Source: Deltaproteobacteria bacterium (lineage in GTDB: Bacteria; Desulfobacterota; Binatia; UBA12015). Taken from it: a stretch of DNA of 64,000 bases. Location of the stretch: NCBI GenBank assembly GCA_046583355.1, contig JAYGCM010000069.1:32001-96000 (forward strand). The letters are read 5' to 3'. The notes below the pieces were generated by a model. The model did not search any database. It was not told where the DNA came from and saw only the letters and a program-made list of their open reading frames with translations. The translations under genes and the position numbers were made by a program. Below, in pieces: positions 38,877 to 48,427 of the stretch; position 1 is the stretch's first letter; each line of letters opens with the position of its first letter.

Positions 38877-39464
38877 GTGGAAGTGGATGTGGGACAAGCA
38901 AGGGACGGTAGCGGGGCGTGCGCTCGGCTGCGCCGGCAGAATGGTTGGACGCTGATCGAAGCGATGGTCGTCACCAGTATGATGATGATCCTGGCGAGCA
39001 TCGCCGTACCGCAATTTTCCTTGATCTCGCGTCAGATGCATACCAGCGCTGCCGCGACGCAGCTCCTGGGCAACCTCCAATTTGCCCGGCTGCAGAGCTT
39101 GCGTACGGGTGTCCCGCATTATGTTTCGACGAGTGCGGGGGGCGGTATTGCCTACCAGATACAGCGTTCGGCCACGCCGCCCTTGATCGTACCGGCCTCG
39201 GATCCCATCGTGCGTAATATCGATCTCTCCGACTCGATGCCGCATGTCGAGTTCAGCCCGAACGGGGCCGCCGCCGGTCCCTATGGTGGGGAGGTTGCGG
39301 GCAGTGTCCCGGGCCAGCCGCTGGTCTTCGATGCACGCGGTCTGCCCACAACGACGGCGGCCTATTATGTGCGCTCGTCGGAAGGGACGTTTGCCTACGC
39401 CATTTCGATTACCGGTGCTGGCCGCACGCGCGTCTGGCGCCAGGCCGCTGGGGGTTGGCAATGA
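38877..39464 (+). CDS. Minor pilin, FimT/FimU-like, cassette 2
   Basis: G/WTLIEAM; LQFARLQS; LVFDARG; start approximate. Confidence 0.8.
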   Translation: MEVDVGQARDGSGACARLRRQNGWTLIEAMVVTSMMMILASIAVPQFSLISRQMHTSAAATQLLGNLQFARLQSLRTGVPHYVSTSAGGGIAYQIQRSATPPLIVPASDPIVRNIDLSDSMPHVEFSPNGAAAGPYGGEVAGSVPGQPLVFDARGLPTTTAAYYVRSSEGTFAYAISITGAGRTRVWRQAAGGWQ

Positions 39465-39841
39465 GAGCGAGTCGCCTCACCTCCGAGGGTGGGTTCACGA
39501 TCATCGAGACATTGGTCGCGATGATGATTCTCTCGATTTCCTTCCTCGGCTTCGCCGGCGTCCATATCCTCGCCAGCAAGGCGCAATCGCTGGGCAATAA
39601 CCAGGGCATCGCGACTTTTCTCGCCAATCAGCAGCTCGAAGAGATGCGCCGCACGGCCTTTGCTCAGATCTCGAGTGCCTTGGATGTAGAAGAACGCGAG
39701 GGTCTGAATTTCGTGGTTGCCAGGGTCGTCGAGGATCTCGGTTTGGCGAAGAAGGTGGACGTCCTGGTCGTCTGGCAGAGCCGGCTGGGCGTGCGCACGC
39801 TCACGCTCTCGTCTCTCGTCAGTCAGGTTACCAACCCGTGA
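39461..39841 (+). CDS. Minor pilin, PilV-like, cassette 2
   Basis: GFTIIETLVAM; LANQQLEEMR. Confidence 0.8.
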   Translation: MRASRLTSEGGFTIIETLVAMMILSISFLGFAGVHILASKAQSLGNNQGIATFLANQQLEEMRRTAFAQISSALDVEEREGLNFVVARVVEDLGLAKKVDVLVVWQSRLGVRTLTLSSLVSQVTNP

Positions 39842-40641
39842 ATGGCCTTCGCGCAAAGAGCCGCCAGGCCGGCTTCACCTTGATTGAGTTGCTGGTGGCG
39901 ATCGCCTTGGGTGGCGTGGTCCTCGGTTCGACGGTCGGCGCCATGTCCGCGCAGGGACGTAGCGCGGCTCTGCAACAGGGCTTCGCGGACGCGCAACTGA
40001 CCAGCCGCGGGATTGCGGAACTCTTTCAGCAAGATCTGCGCATGTCGGGCTACGGCATGCTTGGTGTCTCGCCCGACCAGGATGTAGTTCCGCTTGAGTA
40101 TGCACAGCTGGGCACGAAGAAGACCGTCACGCTGCGCGGCGCGTATGCGAATATCCAGACGACGCTCAAGCAAGGGGCGATTGCGGGATCGATGAATATC
40201 GTCGTCGACACTCCCGCCGCGGGTTCCTTCGCCACCGGTGAGATGATTCTCATCGACAGTGGCATGAATTCTGAGATTCGGAACATCACGGCCACGACTA
40301 CCATCAGTGGGGATCTGACGATCAGTCTCGACGCGCCGCTTCAATACCAATATCCGGTGGGGCCGAATGTGACCCAGCTCGAAGTCGTGATCTGGGAGTT
40401 GGAGGGCAAGATGTTGCGGCGTAACGGCGCCGTGATCGCCGATAATGTGGGGAGCTTGGACCTGCAATATATCGATCACCTCGGCGATATTGCCGACCAG
40501 CCCGGCGACAACCTCCGCTCGGTGATGATCGACCTGCGCACGGCGCAGCCGACGACCTTGCCCGGCAGTCCCGAGGCCTCCTCGCGGCTCATGACGGAAG
40601 TGAATGTGCGGAACCTGGCGTTTCGCTTCACCTTGGGATGA
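39838..40641 (+). CDS. Minor pilin, PilW-like, cassette 2
   Basis: GFTLIELLVAI; QDLRMSGYG; C-terminal VNVRN. Confidence 0.8.
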   Translation: MNGLRAKSRQAGFTLIELLVAIALGGVVLGSTVGAMSAQGRSAALQQGFADAQLTSRGIAELFQQDLRMSGYGMLGVSPDQDVVPLEYAQLGTKKTVTLRGAYANIQTTLKQGAIAGSMNIVVDTPAAGSFATGEMILIDSGMNSEIRNITATTTISGDLTISLDAPLQYQYPVGPNVTQLEVVIWELEGKMLRRNGAVIADNVGSLDLQYIDHLGDIADQPGDNLRSVMIDLRTAQPTTLPGSPEASSRLMTEVNVRNLAFRFTLG

Positions 40642-41138
40642 GACGGATGAATTCTCTGCGCAATGAGAAGGGCGTCGTCATGATTGTGGCCCTTGGCCTG
40701 GTCGGCGCGCTTGCCGGCCTCTCGCTGGCGGTGACCAGCTCGGGCCAGATGTCGACGATCACCGGCGCGCTCAGTGCACAGGCCACGCGCGCGTTCTACG
40801 TGGCCGATGGCGGGGCCTTCTACGCACTTGGCGATATGCAGAATTTTGTCCCGTTCATGGCGCCTCGTTCGGTGGACCTGAAATCGACACCGGCGGATAT
40901 CGAGAGTATCGCGACCGCAAGTTATGCCGGCTACCGAGCATTGCCAGGCAACCTGCTGATTCGCACGACCGATGGGCGAGTTCGCCCCGCGCAATTCGGC
41001 CAAGGTGAGGGCCTCGGCAAGATGTATCTCTTCGGGATTGACTCCTTGAAGGCCCCGAATACCGCGGGTATCGATCCGGCTAGCCGGGTGCAGATGATGG
41101 CAGCCAAACCAGGTCCGTGCGCGGATTGTGGTTCTTGA
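40638..41138 (+). CDS. Minor pilin, PilX-like, cassette 2
   Basis: G/VVMIV (no Glu5); AFYVADGG; C-terminal CADC. Confidence 0.7.
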   Translation: MRRMNSLRNEKGVVMIVALGLVGALAGLSLAVTSSGQMSTITGALSAQATRAFYVADGGAFYALGDMQNFVPFMAPRSVDLKSTPADIESIATASYAGYRALPGNLLIRTTDGRVRPAQFGQGEGLGKMYLFGIDSLKAPNTAGIDPASRVQMMAAKPGPCADCGS

Positions 41139-41176
41139 TCAGGCGCTTCGCCTGGCCAAGGGGAGATGTGGACGGC

Positions 41177-44100
41177 ATGAGAAATCGAGGGCTTTCGGGT
41201 GGTGTAGTCGGGCTGTCGTTGCTCCTGATTTTGGCGGCTTTCGTCCCGCCAGCCAAGGCTCTGGATACGGATATTTTCACCGGGCCCCAGGTGGATCCGA
41301 ATGTCCTGATCCTTTTCGATAATTCGGGCAGTATGGGTTACGTCGCCTATAATGTTTACCCGACGACCATATACACGGGTTCCTACGACCCCGCCACCAT
41401 CTACACCCGATGCCGTACCAAAAATGGCGTATCGGGCGGCGCGGTTTGGGCCGATTGCACCTGTCGGCGCACGCAGAGCGATTACATAGTCGATGAGAGT
41501 AGCTGCGCGGCCTCCGTTGTGGATCTTGTCCCTGGTCCGGGAGGCGATGATATCGACGATAGGGAGTCGCGGCGACGCCGTGGCAATCGGCGCAATTTCG
41601 AGACAAACCCGCCGAAGCTTTGTGTTCTTCCGCCGATTGATGCCTGTAACTCGGATGCGGATTGTCCCGGGCTCGGCAATTCCTGCGCTGTGCAGAACAA
41701 GATGTCGATCGCCAAAGCCGTGATGACCTCGTTGGTCAATGACCCGAATAACCAAGGCGTTCGTTTCGGGCTGACCCTCTTCAACCCGCCCGATATCAAC
41801 TATTCGACGCTGGATTATTTCAGCACCTCGGATGTTGGCGCGTGGCAGATCAACGATCAGGCCTACGCCTTTCCCGTGCAGGATATGGATGCTGCCGCGC
41901 GCGCCAGTCTGACCTCGACGATCCAGGGGTTGAATTCCGCTGGCGGTACGCCGACTACCCATCGTCTCATTGACGCGTGGAAATATTTCAACGGCGAAGC
42001 GCAAGCGCCGGGCTTCGGCACGTCTCCGGTCGAGGCGACCTGCCAGCGCAATTACCTCATCATGATTACCGACGGCATTCCCGAGGTGGAAGCCGACCGC
42101 TACCAATCGACGCCCGCCAATTGCGAGTTCACGCGCTTGCAGTCCTTCATGGGCGTGCCGGGAGATCTCAACGGCGACGGCAAGGAAGATCCGGCGAGTC
42201 CGAATTATCTGGCGACGACCGGAGAGATGTTCAATTGCGGTTCGGATTACCTCGATGACGCGATGTTCAAGATTCGCGGCGAGTACCCGCTGGGCAATAC
42301 CGAAAACCAGCCGCTTTCCCTCTTCGCGATCTCCTTTGGCTTCGATTATTGCCAGAAGCCAGGCGAATTGGAGACCGGGCCCGGCGCGGGTTCATTGCTT
42401 TGGCGCGCCGCTGATAAATACGGCGGCGGCGAATGTCTTTCGGCCAGCGACCCGCAAGATCTGGACGACGCCTTGCGTGAGGTGATCAACCTCATCAAGA
42501 ACGACGCTCAGAGTTTCGTTGCCCCCGTGGTGCCGGTCAGCCAGACGAACCGTACGGAGTCGGGCGACCGCCTCTACGTAGCGCTCTTCAGCCCGCGCGA
42601 AGGCCAGATAGGCTGGCCCGGCAATATCAAAAAATACGCGCTTGATAAGAATGCCGGTGCGATCTGCAATGCGTCCACGCCCAATTGCAGCATCGGCGGC
42701 GGCGGTTCCGCGACTCTGCCCGACGGCACGATCCTCGCAACCGCCGAATCGTTCTGGGATGCGGGCTCCGGGGGGCCTTCGGGCAATGCCGTTACCTCCG
42801 GCGGAATCGGCGGACTTCTCCAGGAGAGCGATTTCAACACGCGCAAGCTCTACACCTATACCGGCACCGCAACTGGTGCCCTGGGTGGTCTGGACCTGAC
42901 GCTCGCGCCGCAGGCCTTCGCCAAGGGCAATGCCGCAATCACCCCGGCGATGCTCGGTTTGAGCGGCGTCGCCGAGACCGCGGCCGAGCGCGACCTGTTG
43001 ATTGATTATCTTTACGGATTCGATTCCTATGATCTCGATAACGACGGCGACCTGGAAGAGAAGCGCCCCTGGATTCTTGGCGATATCATCCACTCGGTAC
43101 CGCTGGTCGTTCGCTACGATAGCGGCGGTGCGGATGCGCTCATTCTGGTCGGCGCCAACGATGGCATGCTGCATGCCTTCGATGATGCGACGGGCCAGGA
43201 GCTATGGGCGTTCATCCCGCCTGATGTCCTGAGCAATCTGAACAATCTGCGCCCGGGCGAGACCGCCACGCATGCCTTCTTTGTCGACGGTTCGGCGCGC
43301 GTTACCGAATACGAGGGGCAGAAAATTGTGGTCTTCGGACTTGGCCGCGGTGGGCGCGCTTATTATGCGCTTGATATAACCAGCAAGGCGGCGCCTCGTC
43401 TGCTCTGGCGGGTGAATGATTCGACCGCCGGCTACGCCGAATTGGGCTATGCCCAATCGACCCCCGCGCTGACGAAATTCTCGCCGGCCGGAGGCGTGCC
43501 GGTGGCTGTGGTCGGTGGCGGCTACGACGTCTATTTCGACGACCCCGCTGCGAGCACACCGAATCCGAGCGGCTATGGCCGGGCTCTTTTCGTAATCGAT
43601 CTTCTGACTGGCGCGCGCCGCGCCATCGCTTCGCCCACGGGAATGGATTACGCCATCGCGAGTGATCCCCTGGTCTTCGACGTGAACGGGGACGGGATGT
43701 TCGATCGCGGTTATATCGGCGATCTCGGCGGCAATATCTGGCGGATCCAAGATGATTTCTCGGTAACCAAGCTCTTCCAGGCGCCCGCAGGCAGGCGGAT
43801 CTTCTACCCGCCCGATGCCGTGCTGAACTCCGGCTCCGTGATGATCTATTTCGGCACCGGCGACCGCTCGAACCCACTCGAAACCAGTGTCACGGATCGA
43901 TTCTATGCAGTGCGCGACGACGGGGCGAGCAATCTCGGCGAGGCCGCTTTGGTCGATGTCACGAATAATATCGAGCAGCCCGGAACAGCCGCTGAGGCTG
44001 CGCTGCTGCAGCAGATCGCGGCCCAGCACGGCTGGTATCTGCGCTTGCAGGCGCCGGGAGAGAAGGTATTGGCTCCGCCAACCGTTTTCTTCAACGCGGC

Positions 44101-44452
44101 ATTTGCAACCTTTACGCCTTCCGTATTGGCGTGCTCGGCCGGTGGCGATGCCAAGATTTATGTTCTGAACCCGCTCAACGGTGCACCGACTCTCGACCTT
44201 GCCGGAACCAGTGGCGGCAACTTGGGCGATGGCAGCGGCGTCGGCTCGGGCTCAGGAGGCGTGCTGGTGCCCGAGGATCGTTGGGTTCTGGTGGGGCAGA
44301 GCATTCCGACCTCGCTGAAGGTAACCTTCGGTGATGACGAGACCAAGGCCTTCTTCGGTGTCACCAAAGGTGGCGGGATCGGGTTGCAGCCGCTCAGCTT
44401 ACCGCAGATCGCGGCCAATGTGATTCCGGTATCCTGGCGGCAGGTCTGGTGA
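41177..44452 (+). CDS. pilY1: Pilus tip adhesin PilY1 (vWA domain plus beta-propeller)
   Basis: Signal peptide; MIDAS DNSGS...TP...TDG; LGDIIHS, GANDGMLHAF, GDLGGNIWR and YFGTGD motifs. Confidence 0.92.
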   Translation: MRNRGLSGGVVGLSLLLILAAFVPPAKALDTDIFTGPQVDPNVLILFDNSGSMGYVAYNVYPTTIYTGSYDPATIYTRCRTKNGVSGGAVWADCTCRRTQSDYIVDESSCAASVVDLVPGPGGDDIDDRESRRRRGNRRNFETNPPKLCVLPPIDACNSDADCPGLGNSCAVQNKMSIAKAVMTSLVNDPNNQGVRFGLTLFNPPDINYSTLDYFSTSDVGAWQINDQAYAFPVQDMDAAARASLTSTIQGLNSAGGTPTTHRLIDAWKYFNGEAQAPGFGTSPVEATCQRNYLIMITDGIPEVEADRYQSTPANCEFTRLQSFMGVPGDLNGDGKEDPASPNYLATTGEMFNCGSDYLDDAMFKIRGEYPLGNTENQPLSLFAISFGFDYCQKPGELETGPGAGSLLWRAADKYGGGECLSASDPQDLDDALREVINLIKNDAQSFVAPVVPVSQTNRTESGDRLYVALFSPREGQIGWPGNIKKYALDKNAGAICNASTPNCSIGGGGSATLPDGTILATAESFWDAGSGGPSGNAVTSGGIGGLLQESDFNTRKLYTYTGTATGALGGLDLTLAPQAFAKGNAAITPAMLGLSGVAETAAERDLLIDYLYGFDSYDLDNDGDLEEKRPWILGDIIHSVPLVVRYDSGGADALILVGANDGMLHAFDDATGQELWAFIPPDVLSNLNNLRPGETATHAFFVDGSARVTEYEGQKIVVFGLGRGGRAYYALDITSKAAPRLLWRVNDSTAGYAELGYAQSTPALTKFSPAGGVPVAVVGGGYDVYFDDPAASTPNPSGYGRALFVIDLLTGARRAIASPTGMDYAIASDPLVFDVNGDGMFDRGYIGDLGGNIWRIQDDFSVTKLFQAPAGRRIFYPPDAVLNSGSVMIYFGTGDRSNPLETSVTDRFYAVRDDGASNLGEAALVDVTNNIEQPGTAAEAALLQQIAAQHGWYLRLQAPGEKVLAPPTVFFNAAFATFTPSVLACSAGGDAKIYVLNPLNGAPTLDLAGTSGGNLGDGSGVGSGSGGVLVPEDRWVLVGQSIPTSLKVTFGDDETKAFFGVTKGGGIGLQPLSLPQIAANVIPVSWRQVW

Positions 44453-44757
44453 GGAGACGGGCGATGCGAAGTTTTCGCGGGATTGTGTTCGCGCTGGCGT
44501 TCGCGCTAGCGGCGGTAATGGCACCGGCGTTTGCCGATGGCGGCGAGGTCCGATGGGTAGCGGGCGTCGTGACCTATATTTCCCCAGCTGCGGTGGAGGT
44601 GAATGGGACGCGTGGCCTGCTTTTGCCGGATTCCTCCATCATGTCGGAGCGGCGGGAAATCTCGCTTGCCAGTGTGCGCCGCGGCATGCCCGCGACGATG
44701 GAGCTCGACGAGGCCGGGCGGGTTCTCGAACTTCAGGTGCGGGGGGTCATTGAATGA
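44449..44757 (+). CDS. Small exported hypothetical protein coupled to pilY1
   Basis: GTGA overlap with the pilY1 stop; signal peptide ending AFA; beta-rich. Confidence 0.6.
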   Translation: MRRRAMRSFRGIVFALAFALAAVMAPAFADGGEVRWVAGVVTYISPAAVEVNGTRGLLLPDSSIMSERREISLASVRRGMPATMELDEAGRVLELQVRGVIE

Positions 44758-44931
44758 ACTCCGCCACAAGCGAATATTAGGACAGGTGATTCGCCTACGC
44801 GGGTAGGGTGCCTATTCGGCCGATTTCCGGACCGTCTTCGGACCTGCCGCGCTGCGGCGGGGTCGCCCGAGACTGGCGGGCGTGGCTGGTGGGGGGTTCC
44901 TCCTCTCCCTTCCACCGGCTTCCCCGCTGGT

Positions 44932-45954
44932 CTATGCCGCTTGAAAATAAACGACGCCGTCGCGTTCCTCGGTGGTGGCCGTGCCGCGGGCTTCGAGCAG
45001 GTTCAGGTGCGCGATGGTTTCCATCACGGCGGCGCCGCGGTTGAAGCGCTGCACCTCGGGGTCGCCCTCGAAGACCCATTTGAATGCGTGCTGGGCGACA
45101 TCGTAGGCGCTCGCCGAGCGCCGGCGCAGATAGTCGTGCATCTCCAGCATGCGGTGCTCGTGATGGGCGATGAGTTGCGTCGCGCGGTGCTTATGGTCGG
45201 GGAAGACACCGCCGTGGGCAGGCCCGACCAGGACGACACCTTCGAGCGCATGGATTTTCTCTTGTGAAGCGATGAAATCGCCGAGCGGGTTCTGCGGGCC
45301 AGCGGAGAAGACCCCGATATGCGGGGTGATCTTCGGCAGCAGGTGGTCCCCGACGAAGAGTACACCGGATTCGAGTTCGTGGAAGCAACAATGGCCGGCC
45401 GTATGGCCCGGTGTATGAACGACGCGGAAACGCCTCTTGCCCAACTCGAGAACCTCGCCATCGACCAACTCGTGGTCCGTATGCGGTGCCGGCTTGTAGG
45501 TATCGGCCCAGACATTGGCGGGCTTTGGTGCTTCGCCGGCATCCTTGGGCACCGGGATGCCGTGGCGGCGGACATGGTCGAGCATGGTCGAGGCCGACAG
45601 GGCGCTCATCCAATTGATGGTCTCACGCTCGAGCGGATGCAGGTAGATCCGCGTGCCGAGGTCTTTCGCCAAGGCTTCCGAGGCGCCGAAATGGTCGGGG
45701 TGGTGGTGCGTGGCGAGGAGGTGGCGCACGGTATCCTCGGCGATGCCGAGGTCGGCCAGCGCGCTGCTGAACGCCTTGCGACTCAGTTCGCGTCCGGTGC
45801 CGGTGTCGATGAGCGCCCATTCTCCGTTGCCGAGGTCGACCAGATAGATGTTGACGATCGTTGGTTTTCCCGGCAGCGGCAGGAAGAGTTCGATGACGCC
45901 ATTACCGAGGTCTCGGGTTTTGGTATCGGCGGCGGGTGGAGGGGGACCGCTCAT
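44932..45954 (-). CDS. MBL-fold metallo-hydrolase
   Basis: THHHPDHFG, HTPGHT, GDHLL and PAHG motifs. Confidence 0.9.
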   Translation of the reverse strand: MSGPPPPAADTKTRDLGNGVIELFLPLPGKPTIVNIYLVDLGNGEWALIDTGTGRELSRKAFSSALADLGIAEDTVRHLLATHHHPDHFGASEALAKDLGTRIYLHPLERETINWMSALSASTMLDHVRRHGIPVPKDAGEAPKPANVWADTYKPAPHTDHELVDGEVLELGKRRFRVVHTPGHTAGHCCFHELESGVLFVGDHLLPKITPHIGVFSAGPQNPLGDFIASQEKIHALEGVVLVGPAHGGVFPDHKHRATQLIAHHEHRMLEMHDYLRRRSASAYDVAQHAFKWVFEGDPEVQRFNRGAAVMETIAHLNLLEARGTATTEERDGVVYFQAA

Positions 45955-46163
45955 TCGTGGACTCGGTTTTCGATCTCGAAGGTGACCTTGCAGCGCACGC
46001 GCCAGCCGGCAACCCGACCCTTCTCGACCAGCGCGGTGGTCCGCGTGATCTCGACTTCGCTGATGCTTGAGAGTGTCACCGAGGCACGCGAGATCGCGAG
46101 TTCAACGGCATCTTCAATCGAGTTCGCTGAGGTGCCGATCAATTCTACGACTTTTTCGACCAT
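45951..46163 (-). CDS. Dodecin-family protein
   Basis: KVVELIGTS.NSIEDAV..AI.RAS.TL...KVTF; 70 aa. Confidence 0.85.
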   Translation of the reverse strand: MVEKVVELIGTSANSIEDAVELAISRASVTLSSISEVEITRTTALVEKGRVAGWRVRCKVTFEIENRVHE

Positions 46164-46230
46164 GAACAGATTCTCCTTGGTTCAGTTTGGTTCTTTATAT
46201 TGGATGGAGTTTGTCCGCACGTGCGCGCCA

Positions 46231-47019
46231 TCAACGACCGATGACGTCGACCGAGCAACCGGCGCAGGCCGACTCCAGAGCCTTGCGGAATGTTTCTACG
46301 GATTTGTGTCGCGCGGGATCTTGCAACGTCCGCGCGAGAGCTTCGGCGTTCGCGACCATGTCCAGGGCATCCTGGCCGCGCCCGACAATATGGTAGGCCT
46401 CGGCCAGCTCAAGCCGCGCGCCGACGCCTTGGTCGGCGAGCTCCACCGCGCGTTCGAGGAATTCGATTCCCTTTTCTTGATCGCCACCGAGGAAAAAAGG
46501 AAGCTTGACGAGCATGCCGCCGCGCGAGGCCAGGGCGTCGGTGTGGTCGGGGTCGAGTTGCAGGACGTAGTCGAGCTCGCGGTTCAGAGCGGTGAGTTGG
46601 AAGGCGGCGCTGGCGAGCCCGTCGAGTTGGGCAACCCGGCCCTTGGCGGCAAAGAGCAGAAAGCGCGCCTCGGCATTTTCCGGCAATAACTCGATGGCCC
46701 GCTCGGCATGCTTGCGTGCCTCTTCGTAGGCGGCGCGCTGTGCGGTTTCGTTGTCTGTGTCCTCGCCTTGGTCGACGAATTGCGAGGCCAGTGCGATTTC
46801 CGCATGACCCTGACGTTCGCTCTGGGAGGCTTGAATCGAAGTTTCGGAATTTTGCAGGGATGTGTCATTCGGCGTCGGTGACGCAAGCGGCACCGACGCC
46901 CCAACCCGATGCGGAGCCGCCATGGTGCCGAGCAGGGCATATAGGACCCCGAAAAAGAGGGTAGCTTTGCCCGTTGACCACCCCCACGCAGGGCGCGTAC
47001 AATCACGCACGTTCTTCAC
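46231..47019 (-). CDS. Exported TPR protein
   Basis: TPR-like helices; LP.FLGGD.EK motif; start uncertain. Confidence 0.6.
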   Translation of the reverse strand: MKNVRDCTRPAWGWSTGKATLFFGVLYALLGTMAAPHRVGASVPLASPTPNDTSLQNSETSIQASQSERQGHAEIALASQFVDQGEDTDNETAQRAAYEEARKHAERAIELLPENAEARFLLFAAKGRVAQLDGLASAAFQLTALNRELDYVLQLDPDHTDALASRGGMLVKLPFFLGGDQEKGIEFLERAVELADQGVGARLELAEAYHIVGRGQDALDMVANAEALARTLQDPARHKSVETFRKALESACAGCSVDVIGR

Positions 47020-47046
47020 TTTTTAGCCCCATACATTCGAGCACAT

Positions 47047-47850
47047 ATGAAACTTCAGACTCCCCCAAACCGCAATGCCTCTCTCGAAAAGGCGACTCGT
47101 ATCCTCTTCGCGTTCGACGAGGGAACTCCCGAGCTCGGCGTAATGGAACTTTCGCGCCGCGTCGGACTCAACAAAAGCACCGTCAGTCGCTTCGTCGCGA
47201 GCCTGACCGGACTCGGTCTTCTGGAGCGCGCCGAGAGTGGCCGCAAGGTCCGGCTCTCGTTGCGGCTCTACGAGATTGGCATGGTCGCCCTGCGGCATCG
47301 GCCTATCCTCGGATTGGTAGGTGCGACGCTGACGCGGACGGCCGCACGGCTTGGCGAGACGACAGCCGTCGGTGTTCTGATCGGCGGCGAGATCGTCTTT
47401 TTGGAGCGGGCCGGTGGCGGCCGTGAATCCGTACGCCTTGAACTGGGGCGTCGTTTCCCGGCAAGCCGTTCTGCTGCCGGGCGGGTACTTCTTGCCGGCG
47501 GGCCGCAAGAGCCCGGTGCGGGAGCTGCGCAAAATTTGCGCCCCGCCGGGGAACCGCGGCGCTTTGCGGACGAACTCTCAGCCGTACGCGAACTCGGTTA
47601 CGCAACCGAACTCGGCGAAATGATAGATGGCGTGAACGCCGTTGCGGCGCCGATCATCGATTGCTCGGGCAAGCCGATTGCGGCGTTCTCGGTGCTGACC
47701 AATGGCGCTCGTGGCGGCAACGCATTGGGTTCCGAGCTGATCCAGGCCGTAACGCGGGCGGCCGCCGAGGTATCGCGCAAGCTCGGCTACCACCGCGCGG
47801 CAGGTAAACGGCGCCCCTGCGAACCGGCACTGCAGGCGGAAGTCGGCTGA
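47047..47850 (+). CDS. IclR-family transcriptional regulator
   Basis: ELSRRVGLNKSTVSR helix-turn-helix; SAAGRVLLA; GVNAVAAPI. Confidence 0.92.
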   Translation: MKLQTPPNRNASLEKATRILFAFDEGTPELGVMELSRRVGLNKSTVSRFVASLTGLGLLERAESGRKVRLSLRLYEIGMVALRHRPILGLVGATLTRTAARLGETTAVGVLIGGEIVFLERAGGGRESVRLELGRRFPASRSAAGRVLLAGGPQEPGAGAAQNLRPAGEPRRFADELSAVRELGYATELGEMIDGVNAVAAPIIDCSGKPIAAFSVLTNGARGGNALGSELIQAVTRAAAEVSRKLGYHRAAGKRRPCEPALQAEVG

Positions 47851-47906
47851 TCACGGTCCTCGCCGCTGCGTTGGGGCCGGTCTCGGCGTTGGCATAGAGA
47901 ATCTTC

Positions 47907-48296
47907 GTGTCATCCTCGCAAGAAGAGCGTATCCGCAGCTTCTATGTGGATTGGTGCCAGGCCTCGCCGCAGGCTCTGGCGCGTTATTTCACCGACCGCG
48001 CCCGCTTCGAGCCGGTCTCGCGTGCGCAGCCCATTTTGGGCGCCACCGCGATCGCGGGCACCATCGAGATTTTCCGTGGCCGTTTCGACGAAGTGGAGAT
48101 CCATGTTCTGCATATGGCCTCGGCCGATAATGTGGTTCATTGCGAGCATCGCTGGGATTATGCCGTTGGCGGCGGGCGTCGTTTCTCGGTCTCCGCGCAT
48201 GATGCCTTCACCTTCGAGGGCGATCGCATCTCTATCTGGCGCAGCTATTTTGACCCCACGACGCTGACCAGCCAGATCGACCTCGGCGAGGGTTGA
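47907..48296 (+). CDS. NTF2/SnoaL-like protein (limonene epoxide hydrolase-like)
   Basis: 129 aa; YFTDRA.F and GDRISIWRSYFD motifs. Confidence 0.75.
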   Translation: MSSSQEERIRSFYVDWCQASPQALARYFTDRARFEPVSRAQPILGATAIAGTIEIFRGRFDEVEIHVLHMASADNVVHCEHRWDYAVGGGRRFSVSAHDAFTFEGDRISIWRSYFDPTTLTSQIDLGEG

Positions 48297-48427
48297 GCCC
48301 AGCGGCCCCGGCTGCGGCGGCGTGGCCTCGGGTGCCGGGTAGATAGCGCATCCCGACGAGACGTATTATCGACCACTCCAGCGCTTGTCGGGCGGAACTC
48401 CCGTCGGCCGCGCAAGGAGGAAGACGA

